Made by a program: the position numbers and the translations under genes
In this document: positions 26,033 to 38,084 of the stretch, piece by piece
How the letters are laid out: every line of letters starts with the position of its first letter
Position numbering within the stretch: position 1 is the stretch's first letter
The notes under the pieces: model-generated
What the model was told of the DNA's origin: nothing
The model's database searches: none
The model's input: the letters and a program-made list of their open reading frames with translations, nothing else
Assembly: GCF_018350175.1 (NCBI RefSeq)
Contig: NC_058368.1
Span: forward strand, 140,804,001 to 140,868,000
Source: Felis catus
Lineage: Eukaryota
Length of the DNA: 64,000 bases
Direction of reading: 5' to 3'

Positions 26033-27275
26033 TTGAAATTTTGCTAATTTGACTAGAAACAAAATCTTAGCTGTTGTTTTACTTTGTACGGAAGCAGCAC
26101 AGCTTAGTGGCTAACAGTGTAGCTCCTGGGCTGACAGGCAGGGCTGACTTCTGACCCCATCATATCTTGTTGGGTTTTTTTTACTTTAAAAAAATTTAAT
26201 ATATTTTTTAAATGTTTCTATATTTTTGAGAGAGAGAGAGAGAGAGCACGGGTGGGGCAGGAGCAGAGAAAGCAGACAGAGGATCTGAAGCAGGCTCGAT
26301 GAGGACAGCAGTGAGCCCATATGGGGCTGAGACTCACAGACCGCGAGATCGTGACCTGAAGCCAAAGTCGGACGCTTAACTGACAGAGGTACCCAGGCAC
26401 CCCCATCATATCTTGTTTTGTGAGCTTAGGGAAGATGCTTCTCTGTGCCTCAGTTTCCTCATTTTGTAAAATGAGGATAGTGATATTTTCCTCATAGTGT
26501 GGGGATGAAGTGTTTGGCACACTTATGCACTCAGGAATATTACGTAGCATTGTTGCTGTTGTTCTCGGACTGCTAATGAGATTTCATTTCTGGTCTGCCC
26601 CTTTCCACTCCAGTGCCTGTTTACACGCTGCCTTCCTTGCTTGCTCTGTTCTGAGTCTCCCAGCAGGCTTAGGTTGTCCTCATTTCACAGGTAAGAAACC
26701 AAAAGATGCAGGACGCTGAGTAACAAAGCAGCGGAAACAGATGGCTCACAGGGGCCCGGCAGGAGGTGTATGGGCTGATCCGTGAGGAACTTACTTTGGT
26801 ATTTGCCATTTCTTTGTTAGTCATTTTTATAATACATGCTGGTGTATCAAACTGAACAAGAACATATAAAATGAGAATTTTCTTTCCTACCCATGCCCAT
26901 TCTCATTTCCCAAAGGAAACAAATTTTGTAATAACTTACCTACAATATCTATATGTCTATTACACTCTTAAAACAAGAAATACATGTATATATATACACA
27001 TGTGCATATATATTAACTAATAAATCAGCTAATATGGATCTTCCTCATTATTTTTAAAAGTATTTATTCATTTTTGGGGCACCTGGACGGCTCAATCGGT
27101 TAGGTGTCCAACTTCGGCTAAAGTCATGATCTCATGGTTCATGAGTTCGAGCCCCACATCAGGCTCTGTGCTGCCAGCTGGAAGCCTGGAGTCTGCTTCA
27201 GATTCTGTGTCTCCCTCTCTCTCTGCCCCACTCAAGCTTGCACTCTCTCTGTCTCTTAAAAGTGAATAAACGTTA

Positions 27276-27501
27276 GGGGTGCCTGGGTGGCGCAGTCGGT
27301 TAAGTGTCCGACTTCAGCCAGGTCATGATCTCGCAGTCCGTGAGTTCGAGCCCCACGTCGGGCTCTGGGCTGATGGCTCAGAGCCTGGAGCCTGTTTCCG
27401 ATTCTGTGTCTCCCTCTCTCTCTGCCCCTCCCCCGTTCATGCTCTGTCTCTCTCTGTCCCAAACATAAATAAACGTTCAAAAAAAAAAATTAAAAAAAAA
27501 A
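27276..27501 (+). mobile_element. Young felid SINE nested in the tail of an older SINE (older copy from about 27076)
   Basis: TSD TGAATAAACGTTA at 27263-27275 and 27502-27514. Confidence 0.9.
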
Positions 27502-30500
27502 TGAATAAACGTTAAAAAAAATTTTTTTTTAATTTATTCATTTTCAAGAGAGCAAGAGATCGTGAACAGGGGAGGGGCAGAGAGAGAGATGGAGGCGGAG
27601 AATCGCAAGCAGGCCCTGCATTGTCAGCACAGAACCCAACGCTGGGCTTGAACCCACAAACCAGGAGATCAGGACCTAAGCTGAAATCATCGGACGCCTA
27701 GCCAACTGAGCCACCCAGGGCCCCATCTTCCTCATTATATTCAATGACAAGGTAGTATTCCATGTATGGATGATTGTAATATGGTCAGGGCCCTATAGAA
27801 GAGGATCGTTGTTTTGGTTCATTTTTCTTCACATCTTTGTACATTAAAAAGTAGAAAAGGGCACCAGGGTGGTTAAGTGTTTCTCTCTTGATTTTGGCTC
27901 GGGTCACCTCATGGAGATTGAGATGCATTGTGCTTGGCACTGACAGTGTGGAACCTGCTTGGGATTCTTTCTCCACTTCTCTCTGCCCCTCTGCCCCCCT
28001 CAAAGTAAATAAAGAAATTTTAAAAAAAGTTTTTTTTCTTTTTTTAACATTTTTTATTTATTTTTGAGACAGAGAGAGACAGAGCATGAACAGGGGAGGG
28101 GCAGAGAGAGAGGGAGACACAGAATCGGAAGCAGGCTCCAGGCTCTGAGCCATCAGCCCAGAGCCCGACGCGGGGCTTGAACTCACGGACGGCGAGATCG
28201 TGACCTGAGCCGAAGTCGGATGCTTAACCGACTGAGCCACCCAGGCGCCCCAAGAAACTTTAAAAAAAGCATTAAAGAAATGACTTGAGAGCTAGAACCC
28301 TAAGAATGTGTGTTTGCTGAAGCAAAAGCTTTTCGAATGATTACATTTCTTTTGCTTTTGAGAGGAGCTGACAAAGCCCCTGGGCTACCTGACTCTGCCC
28401 CTTACTGGACACGAATGAGGAACTCGGGCCCCAGCCCGGAAGCACCCTGGTTGTGGTTGTCTCTGCTCCTGTGTTGACTTTCTTATTGGGGTCTGAATTT
28501 TTTAAACTAGCTGCAAATTTGACTATTTTGCACTCCACTGGCTCTATTCAAATTAAGAGGGCCTTCTTACTTTTTAAGCAAATGTGGATTTGTGTCCCAC
28601 TGCCAGACAGTAATACGGAAGGAATGGCCTTACTGGGAGTTGATCTGTGGCTATGTCCTTGGTGTCCCTTTAGTTGGCAGCAGAAGTTTCAGACCAACTA
28701 ATTTCCTGGTTAATCAAGATTTCATAAATCCTGGGGCTGTAATCTCATCAGTATGCATAGTTTAGTGATTACAGCTTTCTTCCTGGAACTTGAACTCATT
28801 GGAGGCCCTTGAGAGGACTGGGCTGTGTTACAGAATCAAAGGTAGAGTTTGTCACTGCTGCCCTCAGTCTGGATTAAAATTACGAGTCTGTGCTACAGAG
28901 TTTGGATGTCTTCTTTTAATTTTTTTTTTTTTTTTATGTTTTATTTTGTATTTGAGAAAGAGACCGAGCGTGAGCAGGGGAGGGGCAGAGAGATGGAGAC
29001 AGAATCTGAAGCAGGCTCCAGGCTCCCAGCTGTTAGCACAGAGCCGGATGCAGAGCTCAAATTCATGAGCTGTGAGATCACGACCTGAGCCAAAGTCAGT
29101 CGCTTAACCGACTGAGCCACCCAGGCACCCCTGGATGTCTTTAGAGAGAAGTTAGTGATTCCACCTAGTCAGAGGCCTGTGACATCCACCCATGCCCAGT
29201 TCTGAAAAAAGAAACTAAACAAAGATCAAGTCCCACATTAAAAAAAAAAATTATATATTTTGAGAGACAGCGAGCACTCACCCAAATGGGGAGGGGCAGA
29301 GAGAGGGCAAAAGAGAATTCCAAGCAGGCTTTGCCCTGTGTTACTGCCAGCTCAGAGCCTGACATAGGGCTCGAACCCACAAACCATGAGATTATGACCT
29401 GAGCCAAAACCAAGAGTCAATGCTCAACCAACTGAGCCACCCAGGTGCCCCAAGTCCCACATTTTTTTTTTCTTTCAAGCCAGAAATACTTGACTAAGAT
29501 GGTTGTTCTTATCTAAATGGAAGTAATTGGAGTCACTCAGTCCACACCTCGTGCCCCACCTCGAACCACCCAGGTGCCCTGAGTCCCACATTTTTTTTTT
29601 TTCCTTTCAAGCCAGAAAGACTTGACTGAGATGGTTGTTCTTATCTAAATGGAGGTAATTGGAGTCACTGAGTCCACACCTCGTCTTTACTGAAGGAGAG
29701 TCTGAGCTGGCTTGGGTATGAGCTGCCCTTGCCTCCACCAGTTGCTCATTTTGTGGAATATTTCCCAGTCTCCGTCTTTATTGATGAGAAATTAGGCCCC
29801 GCGGGAGTTACGGGCCACCTCCTGCAGAAACCAGTGGCCCAACCTGCAGGCTCCATGGTGACCTCCAGGCAAGACATCAGCACCCAGCAGCGGTGTGAGT
29901 GGTTCATTTGATCATGCCACACATGGTTATTGCAACATTATTGCTTATTAAGTGCAAATAATCAAATCAGGATTCCTACCTTAGCAGTAGTCTTCTCGTG
30001 GTTGATGTTTAAGTGAAATGTACTAATACTAAAGACAAAACGGGCACCTGGGTACTTCAGTTGGTTGAGCATCCGATTCTTGGTTTTAGCTTAGGTCATG
30101 ATCCCAGGGTCATGGGACTGAGCCCTGTATCAGCTTCTGTGCTTAGCACAGAAGGTGCTAGAGACCCTTTCTCTCTCTCCTTCTGCCCCTTCCCTGCTCA
30201 TGTGCTCATGCGCTCTCTCAAAATAAGTAAATAAACAAGTGAATAAATACAAACAAACAAAGACAAAATAAACCAATCCTCCAGTATTTGGGCCACTGGA
30301 AAGCATTTAAAGAATTTTAGCCTATTCCAAAATTAGGTGTTGAGAGTAGGACAAAGTCAAGGAAAACATGAAGGATGAGAAGGCTTGAAAAGGGCCACCA
30401 TTGTGGTTTATCCCTCTTAACAGTGTTTTGCTTAAACATTTCAAAAACTAAATTTTTAAAAATTATAAAAGTAATGTTATTCTAGTGAGTAAACCTGAGA

Positions 30501-30647
30501 ATATAAAAGCATATAGTGAAAAGTGAGCATATTCCCTCCCTACACACTGTGTCAGAACTGAGTTACTCCCTTTGTGTACCCTTTACCATATTTTCTACGC
30601 ATGTATAAGCATGTGTACCAATATGCTTTTTTAAGTAAAAGAGGAGT

Positions 30648-30998
30648 ATTAGTTCTATGTATACATAATAACTTACCTGAAAACTTGGTGATTTAACACA
30701 ATAATAAAGATTTACTAACATTCACAGTTTCTGTGGGTCATGAATTCAGGAGCAGTTTTGCCAGAAGGTTCTGGCTTGAGATCTCATAAGGGTGCAGTCA
30801 TCTGAAGGCTTGACTGGGGTTAGAGGATCCACTTCCAGTGTGGTTCCCTCACAGAGCTCACAAGTTGGTGCTTGCTGTTGACAGGAGGCCTCCGTTCCTC
30901 TTCATGTGTGCCTTTCCACAGGTCTGCTTGAGTGACCTCCTAACACAAAGGGGAGGGCTTCATATGCCCCAAGAGGACAAGTGGGAAGCTGCAATGCC

Positions 30999-31000
<2 letters not shown>
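30648..31000. mobile_element. MaLR LTR (MLT1-like)
   Basis: CACAGTTTCTGTGGGTCATGAATTCAGGAGCAG and CATCTGAAGGCTTGACTGGGGTTAGAGGATCCACTTCC motifs typical of MLT1. Confidence 0.72.
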
Positions 31001-31030
<30 letters not shown>

Positions 31031-31639
31031 AGTTTATTTTGAGAGAGAGAGAGAGAGAGAGAGAGGGAGCCAGGGAGGGACAGAGAGACAGAGAGAGAAT
31101 CCCAAGCTGCCTCTGCAATGTCAGACCAAATCCTGACGTGGGACTCAAACTCATAAACCATGAGATCATGACCTGAGCTGAAATCAACAGTTAGGCACTC
31201 AATTGACTGAGCCACCCAGGTGCCCCTGGACTGTGTTTTAGTTGTTAAGTCAACATATGGGAGGAAGAGAGGAATTGAGGAATTGAAGATCATGCCTAGA
31301 TTTTTTTCTTAATGGATGATGGTGAAATAATTAGGAGTAAACAAGTTTGAGGCTTGAAAGTCAAGAGTTCTCTTTTGGCCTTGACATCTGGAGTTTGAGG
31401 TGCCTGTTAGACATTCATTTAGAACGGTTGAAAAGGAAAAAAAAAAAAACAAAAACTAAAGTAGGACATTTGGATATCTGAATCTGGATTCTTTTTTTTT
31501 TTTAACTGATCAGGGATGGTGAGTCTTTGCCATATTATTAGCATTTTTATTTTTTATTTAGTTTAAGCAAACTCTATGCCTATGCCCAAAGCTCATTTTC
31601 TGTATGTATGTATGTATGTATGTATGTATGTATTTATTT

Positions 31640-31876
31640 TTTCTTTTCTTTTTTTTTTTTTTTTAATTTTTTTTTTCAACGTTTATTTATTTTTTGGGAC
31701 AGAGAGAGAGCATGAATGGGGGAGGGGCAGAGAGAGAGGGAGACACAGAATCGGAAACAGGCTCCAGGTTCTGAGCCATCAGCCCAGAGCCTGACGCGGG
31801 GCTCGAACTCACGAACCGCGAGATCGTGACCTGGCTGAAGTCGGACGCTTAACCGACTGCGCCACCCAGGCGCCCC
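31640..31876 (-). mobile_element. Young felid SINE inserted into the tail of an older minus-strand SINE (about 31877-32056)
   Basis: Diagnostic young-subfamily positions; GTATGTATTTAT occurs on both flanks. Confidence 0.85.
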
Positions 31877-32392
31877 TATACGTATGTATTTATAGTGCAT
31901 GTGAGGTGGGGAGGGACAGAGAGAGACAAGCCCAAGCAGCTTCCACACTGTCAGCCCAGAGCCCAACATTGGCCTCAAACCCACAAGCCGTCAGATCCTG
32001 ACCTGAGCTGAAATCAAGAGTCAGATGCTCAACCCAATGAGCCATCTAGGTGCTCCTCACTAGCATTTTTATTATTTATCTATTTGTTTGTTTGTTTATT
32101 GATTGATTGGGAGGGAGAGAGAGAGAGGGCACAGGTGAATGAGGGACAAAAGGAGAGAGGGAGAGAGAGGGAGAGAGAAGCATGGCTCAAGCTCACCCAA
32201 TGGGGAGCTCAAATTCACTAACTGTGAGATCCTGACCTGAGCCTAAGTTAGATGCTTAGCCAACTGAGCCACCCCGGTGCCCCCATTAGTGTTTTTAAAG
32301 TAAAGGACTTTGTGAGATGCCCTAGGGGAGAGACTATAGGTGAAGAGAAGCAGGCCTAGGTCAGAGGCCTTTGGCACTTTTTTTTTTTTAAG

Positions 32393-32480
32393 ATTTTATT
32401 TTATTTTATTTTATTTTTATTTATTTATTTTTTATTTTATTTTATTTTATTTTATTTTATTTTATTTTATTTTATTTTTT
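32393..32480. repeat. (TTTTA)n SINE-tail repeat
   Basis: Imperfect pentamer array. Confidence 0.9.
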
Positions 32481-33859
32481 AACGTTTATTTTTGAGACAA
32501 AGAGAGACAGAGCATGAGCAGGGGAGGGGCAGAGAGAGAGGGAGACACAGAATCGGAAGCAGGCTCCAGGCTCTGAGCAGTCAGCACAGAGCCCGACTCG
32601 GGGCTTGAACTCACGGACCGTGAGATCATGACCTGGGCCGAAGTCAGACGCTTAACTGACCGAGCCACCCAGGCGCCCCTTAAGATTTTATTTTTAAGTA
32701 ATCTCTGCATCCAACATGGGGCTCAAACTCACAATCTCGAGATCAAAAGTCATATGCTTTACTGACTGAGCTGGCCAGGCACCCCTGGAACTTACCTTTT
32801 GACCAAAAAAAAAAAGAATCTGTTAAAGAGACTTTGAGAAGGGGGGGGGCACCTGGGCGGCTCAGTCGGTTAAGTATCCTACTCTTCGTTTTGGCTCAGG
32901 TCACAATCTCACAGTTCATGGGATCAAGCCCTGCATCAGGCTCTGCACTGAAAGCACAGAGCCTGCTTGGGATTCTCTCTCTACTTCTTTCCCTGCCCCT
33001 CCCACGCATACTCTCTTTCTCTCTCCAAATAAATGATAACACTTTAAAAAGAGAGAGAGACTGAGAAGGACGGGCCACTGGAGCAGGAAGAAAGTCCAAA
33101 GAAAGGAAGCCAAGGATGTAAAGGAGCGTGGTCAACCATGTGGAATATTACTGAGAGGTCGAGATATAAGAACAGAGAAATGACCCAGTGGGTCTTACCA
33201 CATGGAGAACATTGGTGACCTTGACAAGACCACCAGTCTCAGTCACATGGTGGGGATAGGAAGCCACAGTTGTGTGTATTTAAGAAAGAATGAGAAGGAA
33301 GTGGACACGGTAATGACCGATGATCCGGTATAGCAAGTTTAATTGGGAAAGGGAGTGGAGGATTGTGGGGCAGGACAAGCAATGAGAGGGATTCTATTAT
33401 CTTTATTTATTTTTTTTAAGTTTATTTATTTTGAGAGAGCACAAGCAGGAGAGGGGCAGAGGGAGACAAAGAGAGAATCCCAAGCAGGCTCTGCACTGTC
33501 AGCGCACAGCTTGACACAGGACTTGATTTCACAAACCAGGAGACCATGACCTGAGCCAAAATCTAGAGTCAGATGCTTAATTGACTCAGCCACCCAGGTG
33601 CCCCTCTGTTATCTTTAGAATATGTTGATGAATGTGATTCAGTAGACAGGGAACTGTTTGGTTTCTGTGCGGTTTTTTTAAAGATTTTATTTTAAGCAAT
33701 CCCTACACCCATTGTGGGACTTGAACTCACAACTCTGAGATCAAGAAATGCATGCTCTACCAACTGAGCCAGCCAGGTGCCCTAAGCGGGAACTGTTGAT
33801 GGTAGGAGTGTCTTTGGATATACCGTATTACTAGAAGTATAATTTCTGGTTTTGTGGGT

Positions 33860-34101
33860 TTTTTTGTTTTGTTTTTTTTGTTTTTAAAAATTTTTTTTCA
33901 ACGTTTATTTATTTTTGGGACAGAGAGAGACAGAGCATGAACGGGGGAGGGGCAGAGAGAGAGGGAGACACAGAATCGGAAACAGGCTCCAGGCTCTGAG
34001 CCATCAGCCCAGAGCCTGACGCAGGGCTCGAACTCACGGACCGCGAGATCGTGACCTGGCTGAAGTCGGACGCTTAACCGACTGCGCCACCCAGGCGCCC
34101 C
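33860..34101 (-). mobile_element. Young felid SINE
   Basis: Near-consensus young-subfamily body; TTGTG-T-rich flanks on both sides. Confidence 0.88.
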
Positions 34102-35985
34102 ATTGTGTTTTTTTTTTTTAAGTTCTTGGTCAAAGAGTATGAGTAATATTTTTAAAGGTTTGTTTATTTAAGAAATCTCTGCACCCCACATGGGGCTCAA
34201 AGCCATAACCCCAAGATGAAGAGTCTCACACTGCTCCAATTAAGGCAGCCAAGTGTCCCAGGGGTATGTATAATTTTGGTCATAAATTGCCCTCTTGAGA
34301 TTTTGCCCCAATGTATATATCTGTCAGCAGTGCGTGTCTGTTTGCCCACACTGCTGTAAACACTGAGTTTCCACAGTCTTAAATATTTGTCAGTCTGAAC
34401 AACTTGGAAGTGATGTCAATATGCTTCTAAGGACAGGCAAGAACAAGCTGTACCTTGAAGCTGCTTCTGGGTCCTTCAGCCTAGACAAGAACAGGAGACT
34501 TTGGAGTTTTAATTTTTTTGTTCATGTTTATTTATTTTTGAGAGAAAGAGAGTGCACAAGTGGGGCGGAGGGAGAGGGGGATAGAGGATCTGAAGCGGGC
34601 TCTGTGCCGAGAGCAGGAACTGTCTTTACTCCTGTATTTACTTGGTATTTTTTTCTCCACCTCCTTCTCACCAATAAGGCAGTGACATTTGAAAGGTTCT
34701 GGCCTTGGGGCAATTTGGTCCCATTTCTGTTTGTATTATCTCTGAGAGGACATCTAAATTACTTTTCTGGGTGGGTTGCAGAAAACTTCTGTTCTATTTG
34801 GAAAGTCATTTATTCTAGAACGTTCTCTATTACTCTTTTATGGAGAATGTGAGAACAGGCCTGTGGTCACTACTGCTGGTACCTAAGAGCTTGAAGTCTG
34901 AGCCCTGGGCCCTGGGCAGCTCACCATCACCTGCAGAGAAGGGATTAATTCTCAAAATTGCCGCGTCTTGGCTGGGTTCCAAGTTCCTCACCCCAGTTTC
35001 ACCATGTAGCCTGCGTGAATGACTTAAGTACACAAAAGGGTTTAATTATAGCTTCTGTGTAGCACTGGGTAGACTTAATTAGTTAATCCAGAGAAAGTAG
35101 TTTTAGCCAAGCCTTGTGTTGAGCTCTTTCAGAAGCCACTTGGGCACCTGGAGGGGGCTGTGTCTATTTCTTATTGGTGGCAGAATTTCACTCCAACCAA
35201 AGATACTTGCAGATGGGAGATTTTGTTAAAAATATGACTGCTTTGTCAGAATTTGTGATTTAAAAAAAAAAATTGAAGGAAAAAATTATAAAAATAAAAA
35301 AATTGAAAGGCAAGGAGGGAAATGAGGGTATTTATTTCAATAATAGTTTTTGTTAATTAAAACTAGAATTCTGTTTCCTTTCATTTTACTTTTTAAAAAC
35401 TTAATTATGGGGGACTTTGTTCCCTCACAGATGGCATATTGTAAAAGGAAGTTCCATGTATCCATCACTCTGTCCTGATGACCAGTATATATTGTTAAAT
35501 TCTACTCTATCCACCTCCTTATCTTATTTATTCTGAAGCAAATCCCAGAAATCGTATTATTTCACTTGTAAATGTTCCAGTACTCTAAAAAATAGGGAAT
35601 TTAAAAATTGTGCCTTACAAAAAGCAATTTCTTAATATCAAGTATCCTGTCAGTGTTCAAATTTCCACTTGTCTCAGATGTTCTAATTGGTTTCTTTTTT
35701 TTTTTTTTTTTGGTTAAAAAAGAATCAGAATCCACATGAAGCTCACACACTGCAATTGATTAATGTCTTTTTAGTCTCTCCATTTATCCTTTTTCCCCTT
35801 TGCAATGTACTTGTTGAAGAAAACAGGTTGTTTGTAGTTTTTCCCATTCTGGACTTTGTTAACCGTGCCCCATTGACAATTTAAAAAGCATACCACAGGA
35901 TTCAAAGGCTCTGTTGACCAAGAACTCTGGTTATACATCTGTTCATTTTGCACTTAATGGAAAGCAGCTAAGAATAGTAAAATTC

Positions 35986-36203
35986 GGGGCGCCTGGGTGG
36001 CGTAGTCGGTTAAGCGCCCGACTTCAGCCAGGTCACGATCTCGCTGTCTGTGAGTTCGAGCCCCGCGTCAGGCTCTGGGCTGATGGCTCAGAGCCTGGAG
36101 CCTGTTTCTGATTCTGTGTCTCCCTCTCTCTCTGCCCCTCCCCCGTTCATGCTCTGTCTCTCTCTGTCCCAAAAATAAATAAACGTTGAAAAAAAAAATA
36201 AAA
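35986..36203 (+). mobile_element. Young felid SINE
   Basis: TSD AAGAATAGTAAAATTC at 35970-35985 and 36204-36219. Confidence 0.92.
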
Positions 36204-38038
36204 AAGAATAGTAAAATTCGTATGGCTTTGCTTTCTCATGGTGATGTCAGTATGCTTCTAAGGACAGGGAAGAACGGAGAACAGGACCCCCTTCACCCCC
36301 GACCACCATCTGGATCTGTCTGGCCATGCCTGGGAATTCTACTCTAACAGGATTCATCCTTAACTGGCAATGTGGACATTTCACATGTGCCTTTTGCTCC
36401 TACACATTTGTTCTGATCTCCCTAGAATGCCTATCATTCTGTGATTCTACAGTTTGGATCCTCTTAACTTTCCTTCCCTCTTTCTTTTCCATCCCTTCCT
36501 TCCCTCTCCCTCCCTTCATTCCTCTCTTTCTTTTTCTGCTGTTTTAACTTAAGATAACTTATTGCAAAAGGAATAGAGAAATCCCAGTTATAAGAGCACA
36601 AGTAAAGGAAACCAAGAGACACGAAGGAGACCCTTATAAAGTGATAAATATTCCTAAAATCTTAGATGCAAAATGCTTTTGATCTTGGCTTGATCCTGAA
36701 TGATATTGTTTGGTTTGATTATTATATATAAAAAAATTTAATGTTCATTTATTTGGGAGGGGGGGCAGAGAGGGAAGGAGACACAGAATCCAAAACAGGC
36801 TCCAGGCTCCAAGCTGTCAGCACAGAGCCCGACGCAGGGCTCGAACTCAGGAACCGTGAGATCATGACCTGAGCTGAAGTCAGACGTTCAACTGACTGAG
36901 CCATCTAGTCGCCCCTGGTTTGATTATTGTAGTCAGATTTGGATAACCCTGTTAATGGCCTCAGATATTGGGCACTTGCGGCAGAATTTCAGTAGAAGCC
37001 AGAGAATCCATATCCTCCATAGCACCACGGGTGACAGCAGCCATATCTGTAGCCTCCCCAGCCACAGCCATAGCTCAGGCTTCCATATTAGCTGCCGTAG
37101 TAGCTCATCGTATCAGGGATGTTGAGTTTGGTTGGTTATTCAAGGCAAGATCCTGAGTGTGAGTTTCAGCATGTGTAGAGGGATGCTTATAGACCTGGGT
37201 CAGAGCATGTGATAAATCATGTGTATATCTTTTTGTGTCATTTTTAAATTACCTACTTGATATTCATTTGATGTCCCCTGATACAGGGTAGATCCTCTTC
37301 ATTTCCATTTTTGGGTGGGGTAGAATAGTTATTTTAGAAAGAGAGAGGTTCCAGTCTTCAGAACCTACGTTGGAGTTCCTTTTTTCAAGATAGTGTTTTG
37401 TGTGTTGGACATTTCCTGAGCTGTGCCTTCCCCTCTCTCTTCTTTTGATAGTCATTCTCTAGGCCAAGAGAGATCTTACACCCAGCATTGATGGTCTAAA
37501 CATTCCCAGTGCTGGCTGCTCTGAGGAGGAATGCACATGGCTGCTGTGATTTCCTGGGACAGGAATTAAACTGGCACCTGACAAGACAGGAGCAAGGCAT
37601 GACATGACATGTCTGAGAAGACAGAAGATTAAGTTAAATCTCTTGAGCAGATCTAGGGAGCCCAAGCTGTACCTTGAAAGTGCTTCTGGATCCTTCAGCC
37701 TGGCCAGGAACAGGAAACTTTGGAGCTTAAACTTTTTTCTTAATGTTTATTTATTTTTGAGAAAGAGAGTGAGCAGGGCAGAGTGAGGGGGGACAGAGGA
37801 TCCAAAGCGGGCTTTGTGCTGAGAGCCGAGAGCCGGACACGAGGCTCAAACCCACAAACTGAGGTCATGACTGGAGCTGAAGTTGGATGCTTAACCGACT
37901 GAGCCACCCAGTTGCCCCGGGAACTTTGGAGTTTTCAAGGTGAGAGTTAAGCAGGACGCCAGGATGGTTACAGGAGCCAGAACAGACTACCTGCAGGACA
38001 AGGGGCCTATCAAAACCCACCATCAGGCTGCTCATGGG

Positions 38039-38039
<1 letters not shown>

Positions 38040-38082
<43 letters not shown>
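38040..38082. repeat. (TG)n microsatellite
   Basis: About 21 perfect units. Confidence 0.97.
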
Positions 38083-38084
<2 letters not shown>

